A stretch of DNA of 59,332 bases from Fastidiosipila sp. (lineage in GTDB: Bacteria; Bacillota; Clostridia; Saccharofermentanales; DTU023). Positions within the stretch are counted from its first letter, which is position 1; each line of letters starts with the position of its first letter. A model generated the notes under the pieces. That model worked only from the letters and a program-made list of their open reading frames with translations. It ran no database searches and had not been told where the DNA came from. The position numbers and the translations under genes are program-made. The stretch spans positions 1 through 59,332 of the forward strand of contig DUQI01000051.1 in assembly GCA_012837885.1 (NCBI GenBank), read 5' to 3'. Positions 8,777 through 17,848 of the stretch are shown in pieces.

Positions 8777-10702
8777 TTATTCGATCAGTAAGTACCCGAT
8801 CACTTCACCAGTCGTTCCGGAGACGACGATCGGCATGAAATCATGGCCGCTCGTGTCGCCTATGATCACGAGATAGTCACCGACCGCGATGCTGCCTCGA
8901 GGCAGTACTCCTTGTTCATTATGGACGGAACCGTCATAAGCAAGTATGTCGCCATCTTCGAACGTTTTGACTTCAATGATGTTCAGATCGATATGCGAAG
9001 TATCGAAGAGATCGAATTCCATGATGTACGTTCTCGCCGCACGTATGGCGGTCAACTCATCGATTGTCTCGCCCGGTTCAGGTGTCACGATCGGCTCATC
9101 GCCGGCTAGACGCTTAGCCTGAGTCACGAGGAAGATCAACTCATTGATGTAGTCATCTTTGACTTCGAGGGAGTTCAACGTGTCGATCACGCCCTGGTAC
9201 GTCGCCGTGCCTTTGAACTCGGAGTCGCGCAGCAGCATGCCGAACTCGGCCAAGGCGGTTGCAAGCTTCATATTTTGACTATGCTCGCCCGTATAGGCAG
9301 ATACTTCGAGTGGGAACTGAAGGAGGCTGCTCTCGTCACCGGTCGGTTCTTTGTAGCGGATGCTGACGGTCAGGAGCTCGTCATCAAATGTGCTGACAAT
9401 CTCATCGCCCGTGTGTTCGTAGCGCCCTTTGACCTCAGGTATCTCTTGTTCGGATTCAAGATCGGCGATCTCATAGATGATCGTCACGCGGTGTCCGGCA
9501 CCGATCTCGCCGCCGTCTTTTTTATCGTCGTCAAAGTCTTCCGGGTTCAAGAGTCTGTCTTCATAACCGATCAGGCGGTAACCTTTGACCGTATTCGGGT
9601 TGAACTCGACCTGGAATTTGACGTCCTTGGCTACGGTGTGCAGCGTGCCGCCCATATCTTCAACGAGGTGCTTCTTCGCTTCCAGCAGGCTGTCGATGTA
9701 GCCGTAGTTGCCGTTACCGTTATTCGCCAATGCGACGAGTTTATTGTCTTTTAAGTTGTCAAGACCGAAGCCCATGACCGACAGGAACACGCCGGTCTCT
9801 TTTTTCTCTTTGATCAACTCGGTCAGCTCGCCTTCCGACGTGATACCGACATTCAAGTCACCGTCCGTCGCCAAGATGACGCGGTTGTTTTTGTTCTCAT
9901 CGTAGTGTTTGGCAGCCAGCTCGTACGCTGTGATAATGCCCTTCGAGCCGTGCGTCGAGCCGCCGGCTTCAAGGTTTTCAATGATCGACATGATCTCCGT
10001 CTTTTCACTGCCATTGACACCGTCGGCCAACACCGTATCGCTGCCGGCATAGGTGACGATCGAGACCGTGTCTTCAGGACCGAGCTGTTCGGTCAAGAGC
10101 AAGAACGAACGCTTCACGAGATCGAGTTTGTCTGGTCCCCACATCGAACCGGACACGTCGATCAGGAAAACGAGGTTAGACGGCTGACGATCGACCGCGG
10201 GCAAAGGCTCAGCCTGAACGCCGACGACCAACAGTTTTGTCTTGTCGTTCCAAGGCGTATCGGTCAGAGTCAGGTTGACGCCGAACGGTTCACCGTCTTT
10301 CGGTCCGGGATAGTCGTACTTGAAATAATTGATCAGTTCTTCGACTCTTACGGCATCTTTCGGCGGCAGTTCACCTTTCAGAAGATAACGGCGAACCGTC
10401 GCGTAGGAGGCGGTATCGACATCAGCGGCGAATGTCGAAAACGGATTCATTTTTACGTTCTTCCAGACATTCTCGTCGATCACGCCGAATTCCACCGTAT
10501 TGAAGTTTTCCATCGGGAACGGTGCGTGCATGGATGTATCCACATCGACGGTTAACGGAAGTCCAACTTCTTGCTCCGTCATACCGGACTTTGGTTCATT
10601 GATGATCATCGGCAAGAATTGGCAACCGGCGACGATCACGGCCAGGATCACCGCCAACACGGCGATCATGATATTTCTTGTCAATTTATCTTTCAGCTTC
10701 AT
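8777..10702 (-). CDS. membrane-anchored von Willebrand factor type A protein (YfbK-like)
   Basis: MIDAS motif in LVFLIDVSGSM with ..ILATDGD.. downstream. YfbK-like flanks are present (VDTASYATVRRYL; KGYRLIGYEDR). Start moved to ATG 10702 (GGAGAG RBS, followed by a TM helix) instead of ORF-track 10831. Confidence 0.85.
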   Translation of the reverse strand: MKLKDKLTRNIMIAVLAVILAVIVAGCQFLPMIINEPKSGMTEQEVGLPLTVDVDTSMHAPFPMENFNTVEFGVIDENVWKNVKMNPFSTFAADVDTASYATVRRYLLKGELPPKDAVRVEELINYFKYDYPGPKDGEPFGVNLTLTDTPWNDKTKLLVVGVQAEPLPAVDRQPSNLVFLIDVSGSMWGPDKLDLVKRSFLLLTEQLGPEDTVSIVTYAGSDTVLADGVNGSEKTEIMSIIENLEAGGSTHGSKGIITAYELAAKHYDENKNNRVILATDGDLNVGITSEGELTELIKEKKETGVFLSVMGFGLDNLKDNKLVALANNGNGNYGYIDSLLEAKKHLVEDMGGTLHTVAKDVKFQVEFNPNTVKGYRLIGYEDRLLNPEDFDDDKKDGGEIGAGHRVTIIYEIADLESEQEIPEVKGRYEHTGDEIVSTFDDELLTVSIRYKEPTGDESSLLQFPLEVSAYTGEHSQNMKLATALAEFGMLLRDSEFKGTATYQGVIDTLNSLEVKDDYINELIFLVTQAKRLAGDEPIVTPEPGETIDELTAIRAARTYIMEFDLFDTSHIDLNIIEVKTFEDGDILAYDGSVHNEQGVLPRGSIAVGDYLVIIGDTSGHDFMPIVVSGTTGEVIGYLLIE

Positions 10703-10794
10703 GATTACTCTCCAATAATTAAATGGTGTAGCAAATGGTGTGTCGTCTAGGACGTCACGTTTGGCGCCATCTGATTTGTTGGACGTGCACGGAC

Positions 10795-10817
10795 AAAAAA
10801 AGTTCCCAAAGGGAACC
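10795..10817 (-). terminator. rho-independent terminator after amidase gene
   Basis: Minus strand reads ggttccc-ttt-gggaac followed by T7. Confidence 0.75.
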
Positions 10818-10861
10818 AGATTAGTACACAACTTGATGTGGCAACCACTAAATGCCGATTG

Positions 10862-12229
10862 TTAGAACTTCGGACCACTTCGTTTTTTACTCTGTCTGAC
10901 GGCGTAGAAAATCCCACTGAGTACGGTCAGACCAAACACCCCAGCAGCGACATAAGGCAGCGCTCCGTGATCGGCGAGATCGCTGACGTTCACGACTTCC
11001 ATCACCACCTTCGTTTCTTCGACGCCGTCTTCCCTCGTCTCGACGACGATCACTTCGCGCATAATCGTCTGTTCCGTGCGATCCGGCAGATCGACAGACT
11101 CGGGACGCGTCACATTCGAAGGTGGTGCACTCGCTGTTTTAAATGGAGAGACGGCGGCGCCGTACGCCATGACAAGCGCTTCGTACTCCGTTTCAACCCG
11201 CTCGACAAACGCCTCAACACCGATCGATCCACGCTCGTTGCGGATCATCGTGTACGGACAGTCTTTACCGGACCAGTCTTTATGGAAGCGCAGGTTCTCT
11301 TTCGGCAGCCCCAACTGATAGAGGATCGCGGCAGCCAGCTTCGCACCGTTTTGCTCGGCCTGCGGATAGTATTTTCCATCGTCATGATCGCAGATCTCGA
11401 TCGCCACCGACGCGCCGTTACCGGCCAGGTACCGATCGCCCGCGTTGTAGGTCGCCTCATTCAACGGTGTCAACAGATACGCCGCTTTATGGTCGACGGC
11501 GTAGTGGTACGTCACGCCCGGCAGATAGTCGAGTGCGGCATGCTGGTTCGCATGCCACAAGGCGTCGGCATGCGGTCGAAAGTTGGAAGCATTATGCACC
11601 GTAACGTATTCCGGCACCATGATCGTCTGGACGCGCGAGATCTCCGGCGCAAAGCGGTCTTCGACCGTAATCTGCAAGTTCGTGCGGTGATCGAGCGTCA
11701 ACGGTTGGTCGATAAACACACCGGGCTGGGTACCGGTCAGGTCCGTGCCGTTTTCCGGCACTTGAATCCACCCGCTTTGCCCGCCGCCGAGCTGCAATTC
11801 GATAAAGTCGTACGCTTTTTTACTCACCGGGTATTCACCGGGAATAGCCATGCGGCCGAGCCGGTACGACGGACCGTTAAACGGCATCGAATAGAGCGGC
11901 ATCTCGCGACTCAGACGGTATAAAATCGTCGGATTAAACGTCTGAACCTCGAGAATAATGTCTTCATTTTCTTTGTCGAGCGAAAACCAGCGGCCATCGT
12001 TCAGTTTCGCCTCGGTATAGTAGTGGCGATGCGGCTCATCCGTATACATCAGTCTCATCTCCGTAGCCTCATGTCGGACCTGTCCATCGGCACCGACGAA
12101 CACGAGGAAATTTCCTTCCCTCTGGGCGACGGCATAGCGGAAGGCCGACACGCTGGCGGGAAACAACATCAGTACGATGAGAAGTACCGGCGCGAGACGT
12201 AAAAGGGATACTGTACGTTGCCGCCTCAT
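10862..12229 (-). CDS. exported N-acetylmuramoyl-L-alanine amidase (Amidase_2/PGRP type) with C-terminal membrane anchor
   Basis: Signal peptide (LLIVLMLFPASVSA). Amidase_2-like core (YHYAVDH...NGASVAIEICD...FHKDWSGKDCPY). The C-terminus is a hydrophobic helix plus RQSKKRSGPKF. Confidence 0.8.
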   Translation of the reverse strand: MRRQRTVSLLRLAPVLLIVLMLFPASVSAFRYAVAQREGNFLVFVGADGQVRHEATEMRLMYTDEPHRHYYTEAKLNDGRWFSLDKENEDIILEVQTFNPTILYRLSREMPLYSMPFNGPSYRLGRMAIPGEYPVSKKAYDFIELQLGGGQSGWIQVPENGTDLTGTQPGVFIDQPLTLDHRTNLQITVEDRFAPEISRVQTIMVPEYVTVHNASNFRPHADALWHANQHAALDYLPGVTYHYAVDHKAAYLLTPLNEATYNAGDRYLAGNGASVAIEICDHDDGKYYPQAEQNGAKLAAAILYQLGLPKENLRFHKDWSGKDCPYTMIRNERGSIGVEAFVERVETEYEALVMAYGAAVSPFKTASAPPSNVTRPESVDLPDRTEQTIMREVIVVETREDGVEETKVVMEVVNVSDLADHGALPYVAAGVFGLTVLSGIFYAVRQSKKRSGPKF

Positions 12230-12238
12230 CAGCGATCT

Positions 12239-13171
12239 CTAGCGGAACAGTTCAATGCGCATTTCGAGCCAGCCGAGCGTCTGATCGTCGGCGGCCACGC
12301 GCTCCGCATATACGACGTAGATAATGTTTTCCTGCATGAAATAGACGCCGAGACGCGCATCCGTACCACGCAGATACCAGGAACCTGGACGACTCGTCAT
12401 CTCACCGTTGGAGATATTGAGCGGAATGACGCGCAAGGTGCCCTCACCATCGGTGGCGAGCGGGAAACCAGGAGCGACAATCACCAGACGGCCTTCTTCG
12501 ACCGAGCCGTACACATCGAAGGAACGTCCGGCGAGGCCGGCGATCGTCGCGGCCGTCGTCTTGTCATTACCCGTCAGGTCGAGCCCCGACAGATTGCGCT
12601 CCGTAATCTTTAGGGTGCCTTCATACGCACCCTGATACATCGCCGTCGTCGCATCTCGCAAAATGTAGCCGTCTTCTTCTGCCGGGATACGGCCGAAGTC
12701 TTTCGGCAAGGCGACCGTCTCGATCGGCGGCGCCGTCGGTTCAGGTGTCGGCTCAGGCGTCGGGACCGGAGTCGGTTCCGGGGTCACTTGAGGCGTCGGC
12801 TTGGGTGTCGTAGCCGGAGTCGGCGGAGCCGTCGGCGACGGCGGTCTCTCGGTGACCGGCACCGGTGTCTGCACGACCTGAGGCGGCGTCTCAAAAGGTT
12901 GCGGCTCGTTGTCAGTCACGACCGGGATGTCCTCCGGGTCGACCGTCGGTGAGGTGAAGAGCTGCCCCGGATCGACCGTGACCGGCGGTACTTCGCCCGT
13001 CGGGTCCTGTAAAGGCAGAGAAAACTCGTTCGGATCGGTCTTGGCCGAGCCAAACAGCGCGTTATTTTTATTTAAGATTAGAAAGCCCATCACTAAGATG
13101 ACGGCCGCGGCGATCAAGCCGACGATAAGAAACGGACTGGCCGTCTGCTTTCTCCTACGTCGTTTAGGCAT
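12239..13171 (-). CDS. hypothetical membrane-anchored protein with Pro/Thr-rich linker
   Basis: MPKRRRRK plus a TM helix, then a PT-rich spacer (TPKPTPQVTPEPTPVPTPEPTPEPT), then a ~150-aa globular C-domain. Start set at ATG 13171 (GGAGGA RBS). The stop is 9 nt before the amidase start. Confidence 0.5.
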   Translation of the reverse strand: MPKRRRRKQTASPFLIVGLIAAAVILVMGFLILNKNNALFGSAKTDPNEFSLPLQDPTGEVPPVTVDPGQLFTSPTVDPEDIPVVTDNEPQPFETPPQVVQTPVPVTERPPSPTAPPTPATTPKPTPQVTPEPTPVPTPEPTPEPTAPPIETVALPKDFGRIPAEEDGYILRDATTAMYQGAYEGTLKITERNLSGLDLTGNDKTTAATIAGLAGRSFDVYGSVEEGRLVIVAPGFPLATDGEGTLRVIPLNISNGEMTSRPGSWYLRGTDARLGVYFMQENIIYVVYAERVAADDQTLGWLEMRIELFR

Positions 13172-13267
13172 GTTTGGAAGTCCTCCGTACAACAGGCATG
13201 GTATCACTTTTCAGCGAGATTAGTATACTGTTATTATTGCTAAACGAATACATTTAAGGTGGTACCT

Positions 13268-14806
13268 ATGCTCAGATCAAGCGGTATTGTCATGCCCATT
13301 TCGGCTCTCCCCGGTCCTTTTGGCATCGGCTGTCTCGGTGAAGAAGCGATCGCCTTTGCTAAAAAAATCCGCGACGCCGGTTTTTCATATTGGCAGATTC
13401 TCCCGTTTGGCCCCACCGGCAGCGGCGATTCACCGTATCAATCTTTTTCCACGTTTGCCGGCAACGCTTATTTCATCGACTTGAGACCGCTCCACGCGGC
13501 CGGCTGGCTCAGTGATGACGAGCTTTCTATGGCCGAGCACGAGTTTTTGGAAGAAGTCGACGGAAACCTTCGCTCACGCGTCGATTACGGTTGGCTCTGG
13601 GACACGCGCCTGCCGCTTCTGCGAACAGTCTGCTCGCGCATCGATGCCGAGACGAAAGCAGAGGTCTGGCAATTTGCCGAGGCCCAATCCTGGCTTTCGG
13701 ATTATGCCGACTACATGACGATCAAAGCGGCACATGAGCACGAACCGTGGTGGCAATGGCCGCGCGAATTACGGTTAAAAGAAGAAGACGCCGTCCGTTC
13801 GTTCCTCCTTGACAAACAGGATGAACGATTCCTCTATATGTTTGTTCAATGGCTGTTTTTTGAGCAGTGGCTTGCCTTGAAACAGGAAGTCAATACGCTC
13901 GGTGTCTCGATCATCGGCGATATCCCGATCTATGTCGCCTCTGACTCCTGTGATGTCTGGGCGAACCGGCAGTATTTCGAGTTCGATGACGAAGGCAATC
14001 AATTGAGAGGCGCCGGCGTGCCACCTGACATCTATTCGCCGTACGGCCAGCTCTGGGGTAATCCGCTCTATCGCTGGGATCTGTTGCAAGAAGACGGCTA
14101 TCGTTGGTGGATAGAGCGTATCCGCGCCGCCGTCGACACGTGCGATATCGTTCGTCTCGACCATTTCCGCGGGTTTGAGTCGTTTTGGGCCGTCAATGCC
14201 GGCGCCACGACGGCACAGTTCGGCGTCTGGGAGAAAGGACCGGCGATGGATCTTTTTAACCAGATTCTGCGCGCCTTCCCGCTCGCCCCGTTCATCGTTG
14301 AAGATCTCGGGTTTATCACGGATGAAGTCAGAGTCTTTTTGAGCCAAACCGGTCTGCCCGGTATGAAGGTCTTACAGTTTCACTTCGACGCGGACGACGA
14401 GCTCGTCGTCAGGCCGCACGGTTTTGAAGAAAACCTGGTCGCCTACGCGTCGACGCACGACAGCGACACCTTGTTCGGCTGGGTCGAAAAGCTGGAGGAT
14501 GAGCAATGGCGTCTGGTCCGGGATTACTCCGGTGCCAATCAGCGCGACCGGCATGACCGCGGGCCGCAAAGTCGTATCATTCGTGCCATGCTACGCGCCT
14601 TATGGCAGACACCGTCGACGCTCGTCATGGTCCAGCTCCAGGATGTGCTCGGCCAGGGTAACGATATGCGGACGAACGTGCCGGGCGTCCCTGAAGGAAA
14701 CTGGCGGATACGATTCACGGAAGAAGATATCCGTCAGATTGATGTCCGGTACTACAGCCGTCTGAACGAAGTGTTTCAGCGCGCCCTTCCCGCCTTGTCA
14801 AATTAG
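13268..14806 (+). CDS. malQ: 4-alpha-glucanotransferase (amylomaltase, GH77)
   Basis: N-terminus GIVMPISALPGPFGIGCLG..., PFGPTGSGDSPYQSFSTFAGN, and RLDHFRGF are typical MalQ motifs. AAGGTGG RBS precedes ATG 13268. Confidence 0.9.
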   Translation: MLRSSGIVMPISALPGPFGIGCLGEEAIAFAKKIRDAGFSYWQILPFGPTGSGDSPYQSFSTFAGNAYFIDLRPLHAAGWLSDDELSMAEHEFLEEVDGNLRSRVDYGWLWDTRLPLLRTVCSRIDAETKAEVWQFAEAQSWLSDYADYMTIKAAHEHEPWWQWPRELRLKEEDAVRSFLLDKQDERFLYMFVQWLFFEQWLALKQEVNTLGVSIIGDIPIYVASDSCDVWANRQYFEFDDEGNQLRGAGVPPDIYSPYGQLWGNPLYRWDLLQEDGYRWWIERIRAAVDTCDIVRLDHFRGFESFWAVNAGATTAQFGVWEKGPAMDLFNQILRAFPLAPFIVEDLGFITDEVRVFLSQTGLPGMKVLQFHFDADDELVVRPHGFEENLVAYASTHDSDTLFGWVEKLEDEQWRLVRDYSGANQRDRHDRGPQSRIIRAMLRALWQTPSTLVMVQLQDVLGQGNDMRTNVPGVPEGNWRIRFTEEDIRQIDVRYYSRLNEVFQRALPALSN

Positions 14807-14938
14807 CCGAAGTCACCGCTCAATCGCCGATGCTTTCGTGCAGTTTGACGTCGTTTTAATTGTGCGTTACGCTTGTATCGAAAAAGCCGGTTGGATCACA
14901 TCTGGGTAAGATTCTGGCGATTATCTGAGGGGTATTAG

Positions 14939-15847
14939 ATGGATATATTTGCTCGTCTTTTCGGCCGTATGGAACACGCGCCGGCAAAGCGACTGGCTGT
15001 GGCAAATGCGGCCGACCATGAAGTATTGGCAGCTCTGAAAAGCGCCGTCGATTTAGGTATTGTCGAACCGGTTCTGGTCGGCGACCGTAGCGAGATTCTG
15101 ACGGTTGCCGAGACCTTGTCATTCGACCTATCCCGATTCGAATTTATGGAAGCAAGACATGCGGAAGAAGCGGCTCAAATAGCCGTGTCGGCTGTGGCGA
15201 GCGGTTTTGCCCAGGCCTTGATGAAAGGCGATGTGCAGACCTCGACACTTCTGAAAGCCGTGCTCGATCCGTCTTACGGCATCCGAGGGCCCGGTCTTCT
15301 CTCCCATCTAGCCTGTTTCGTGCTACCGGCACTCGATCGCCCCGTATTCTTAAGCGATGCGGCGATCAATATCGCGCCGTCGATCGACGACAAGATGAAG
15401 ATCATCCAAAACGGCGTCGATTTTCTACACCGGATCGGCTGGTGCGAGCCGATCGTCGGTTTGCTCGCCGCCGTCGAAAAAGTCAACCCGAAAATGCCGG
15501 CGACGACCGATGCCAAAGAGATCGTCGAACGGCAAAAACAGTTCGTAATCAAGGGGTGTCAAATCGGCGGACCGTACGCACTCGACAATGCCTTATTCCC
15601 GGAGATGGCCAAGCACAAGGGGATGACCGATCCTCTGGCCGGCTATGCCGATCTCTTGATTGCGCCGGATATCGAAGCCGGTAATCTGCTCTACAAGTCG
15701 ATGTCATTTCTGGCCGGCGGCCAAAGCGCTGGCCTCGTGATCGGAGCCAAGGCGCCGATCGTTTTGACCAGCCGTTCGGACAGTGAGGAGACGAAATTGC
15801 GCGCGATCGCACTCGCGCTGGGCGGTGAGCTCCTGGGGAGTGAATAA
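14939..15847 (+). CDS. ptb: phosphate butyryltransferase / branched-chain phosphotransacylase
   Basis: ~300-aa PTA_PTB family protein (KRLAVANAADHEVLAALKSAVDLGIVEPVLVGD), directly followed by buk. Confidence 0.85.
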   Translation: MDIFARLFGRMEHAPAKRLAVANAADHEVLAALKSAVDLGIVEPVLVGDRSEILTVAETLSFDLSRFEFMEARHAEEAAQIAVSAVASGFAQALMKGDVQTSTLLKAVLDPSYGIRGPGLLSHLACFVLPALDRPVFLSDAAINIAPSIDDKMKIIQNGVDFLHRIGWCEPIVGLLAAVEKVNPKMPATTDAKEIVERQKQFVIKGCQIGGPYALDNALFPEMAKHKGMTDPLAGYADLLIAPDIEAGNLLYKSMSFLAGGQSAGLVIGAKAPIVLTSRSDSEETKLRAIALALGGELLGSE

Positions 15848-15849
15848 GC

Positions 15850-16923
15850 ATGATGCGTCTACTCGTGATCAATCCAGGTTCGACCAGCACGAAGCTCGCC
15901 GTCTACGACGAGCAGACCGAGGTCTTTCGTAAGTCGATCGATCACTCGCATGACCAGGCGATTCTGTCATCCGACTTTGCGGCTCAAGTGCCGCTCCGCC
16001 TGACGCTCGTCAGAGAAGCACTCGAAGAAAACGACATCCCTCTCGAGACGCTGACGGCCGTCGTCGGCCGCGGCGGGATTCTCCATCCCCTACCGGGCGG
16101 CGTGTACGAGATCAACGCATCTATGCGCCGCGACCTCGTGGAGACGCGCTACGGCGATCATGCGTCCGGTATCGGCAGCGTCATCGCCTACGACATCGCA
16201 CATGAGCTCGATATCCCGGCTCTGACCGTCGACCCGGTCGTCGTCGACGAACTCGAATGGCCGGCACGCTATACAGGGCTTCCCGAAATCCGCCGCATCT
16301 CGATCTTTCACGCGCTGAATCAAAAAGCGGTAGCGAGACGATATGCGGCCAGTATCGGCAAAAGATACGATGAATTGAACCTGATCGTCGCCCACATGGG
16401 CGGCGGTATCTCGATCGGTGCCCATCAAAAAGGACGCGTCATCGACGTCGCAAACGCCTTCGACGGCGAAGGACCGTTTTCGGCTGAACGCGCCGGCAGC
16501 CTGCCGGTCGGATCACTGATCTCGATGTGTTTTTCCGGTCGTTACGCTTCGGAGACGGAGCTGCGCCGCCATTTGATCGGCAAAGGCGGTCTTTACGCCT
16601 ATCTCGGCACCAAGGATGCGCGCGAGATCGACCAGCGGATCGCAGCCGGCGATGAAGAGGCACGCCGCGTCCTCTATGCGATGACGTATCAGATTAAAAA
16701 GGAGATCGGATCGCTATACACCGTCCTTGAAGGCGAGCTCGATGCGATCTTACTGACCGGCGGCATGGCTTACGACCCTTACGTCGTGGAATGGCTGAAA
16801 GAAGGGCTCTCCTACCTGGCCGAGATCGTCGTCTATCCGGGCGAAAATGAACTTGAATCATTGAGAGACGGTGCCCTCGCCGCGCTCTCCGGCAAAGAGC
16901 CGATACAGGAGTACGAAGCATGA
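15850..16923 (+). CDS. buk: butyrate (branched-chain fatty acid) kinase
   Basis: LVINPGSTSTKLAVYDE N-terminus and 357-aa acetate/butyrate kinase fold motifs. Confidence 0.9.
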   Translation: MMRLLVINPGSTSTKLAVYDEQTEVFRKSIDHSHDQAILSSDFAAQVPLRLTLVREALEENDIPLETLTAVVGRGGILHPLPGGVYEINASMRRDLVETRYGDHASGIGSVIAYDIAHELDIPALTVDPVVVDELEWPARYTGLPEIRRISIFHALNQKAVARRYAASIGKRYDELNLIVAHMGGGISIGAHQKGRVIDVANAFDGEGPFSAERAGSLPVGSLISMCFSGRYASETELRRHLIGKGGLYAYLGTKDAREIDQRIAAGDEEARRVLYAMTYQIKKEIGSLYTVLEGELDAILLTGGMAYDPYVVEWLKEGLSYLAEIVVYPGENELESLRDGALAALSGKEPIQEYEA

Positions 16924-17630
16924 TCGATATCCACGCCTTGACGATCATCGGCGGCCACTACGGCAGCGGCAAGACGGAGATCGCGGTCAATCTGGCTTTT
17001 CAGAAAAAAGCCGAGGGAAAAGACGTGGTGCTGGCCGACATCGATATCGTCAATCCGTACTTTCGCTCCTATGAACAGCGCCGGCCGTTGGAACAAAAAG
17101 GTATTCGGGTGATCACCGGTTCGCTCGGCGGCACCGCTGACTTACCCGCCCTACCGCCGGAACTCGGTATGATGTTCGACGAGAGCGACACGATGCGGAT
17201 CATCGATCTCGGCGGCGATCCGGTCGGCGCACGCGTGCTCGCACGCTACGAAGACGATCTGCGAGAACTCGCTTTCGACTTTCTGGTCGTCTTGAATGCC
17301 AACCGGCCGGAGACCTCGACGCTTGAAGGCGCAAGCAGAATGATCGACGAGATTGAGGCGATGAGCAAACAGTCGATCAGCGGTATCATCAATAACACGC
17401 ATCTGCTGACCGAGACGACGGTCGACGACGTTTTGCGAGGCGATCAACTGGCCAGAGAGCTGGCTGCAAAAACGGGTATACCGTACATTATGACGGCGAC
17501 CTTGGCACCGCTCGTGCCGGCACTGACACCGCTGGTGCAGGTACCGATTTTGCCGTTGACCAGACACATGTTAAAACCATGGGAACAAGAGAAACCTGAA
17601 GGAGAAAATTACGCATGGCTTCACGAGTGA
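16920..17630 (+). CDS. uncharacterised P-loop NTPase (SIMIBI/MinD-CooC-like)
   Basis: Walker A GGHYGSGKT near the N-terminus, DIDIVNPYF, and IIDLGGDP (Walker-B-like). It overlaps buk by 4 nt and the ferredoxin gene by 16 nt. Confidence 0.6.
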   Translation: MIDIHALTIIGGHYGSGKTEIAVNLAFQKKAEGKDVVLADIDIVNPYFRSYEQRRPLEQKGIRVITGSLGGTADLPALPPELGMMFDESDTMRIIDLGGDPVGARVLARYEDDLRELAFDFLVVLNANRPETSTLEGASRMIDEIEAMSKQSISGIINNTHLLTETTVDDVLRGDQLARELAAKTGIPYIMTATLAPLVPALTPLVQVPILPLTRHMLKPWEQEKPEGENYAWLHE

Positions 17631-17848
17631 CATTTAACCAGGACCGCTGCAAAGGGTGCTCGCTCTGTACGGTCGTCTGTCCGAAAAACATCATCTTTTT
17701 GGACCGCACGATCACGAACAGACGAGGCTATCACCCGGCAACCGTCGAGGACATGGCCGCCTGTATCGGCTGCGCCAACTGCGCGCGCATGTGCCCCGAC
17801 TCAGTTATCACGGTCGAACGCAACATCGAGGAGGAAAAGACCACATGA
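17615..17848 (+). CDS. 2-oxoacid:ferredoxin oxidoreductase delta subunit (2x[4Fe-4S] ferredoxin)
   Basis: Two CxxCxxCxxxCP motifs (CKGCSLCTVVCP and CIGCANCARMCP). The stop overlaps the next start (ATGA). Confidence 0.8.
   Translation: MASRVTFNQDRCKGCSLCTVVCPKNIIFLDRTITNRRGYHPATVEDMAACIGCANCARMCPDSVITVERNIEEEKTT

Noticed and set aside
8341-8838. ORFs 8341-8529 (minus) and 8650-8838 (plus) in the tRNA region
   Set aside because: They run through the tRNA-Thr gene, its duplicated fragment and two terminator hairpins. They have no RBS, and the RNA features explain the sequence better.
8777-10702. vWA protein as part of a vWA-MoxR or other defence/ternary system
   Set aside because: No AAA+ MoxR ATPase or other partner gene is adjacent. 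The gene is monocistronic between two terminators, and the architecture matches the widespread YfbK-type membrane protein.
10838-11923. 361-aa ORF antisense to the amidase gene, plus similar 180-260-aa antisense ORFs at 5128-5886, 9905-10555, 22670-23383, 23885-24661, 37734-38477 and 53194-53733
   Set aside because: All lie opposite genes with clear family motifs. They are Arg-rich with no recognisable domains or RBS. This is the expected by-product of the GC-rich third codon positions seen in this sequence.
12700-12900. Repetitive DNA inside 12239-13171 (and the GAG GCA runs near 4750-4790)
   Set aside because: These encode in-frame Pro/Thr-rich and EAEAEA linker peptides. They are coding low complexity, not non-coding tandem repeats.
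8470-13207. Prophage remnant hypothesis (tRNA att-like repeat, amidase, vWA protein)
   Set aside because: The repeat pair encloses only ~200 bp. The amidase has a signal peptide and an anchor, which indicates a housekeeping autolysin layout. No integrase, terminase, capsid, tail or holin genes are present, and composition matches the core genome.
17656-17844. ORF-track N-terminal extensions (17656 for the oxidoreductase alpha subunit; also 10831, 29259, 45981 and 56995)
   Set aside because: Each extension overlaps an upstream gene or promoter and lacks an RBS. In each case an internal ATG with a good RBS yields the canonical family N-terminus.
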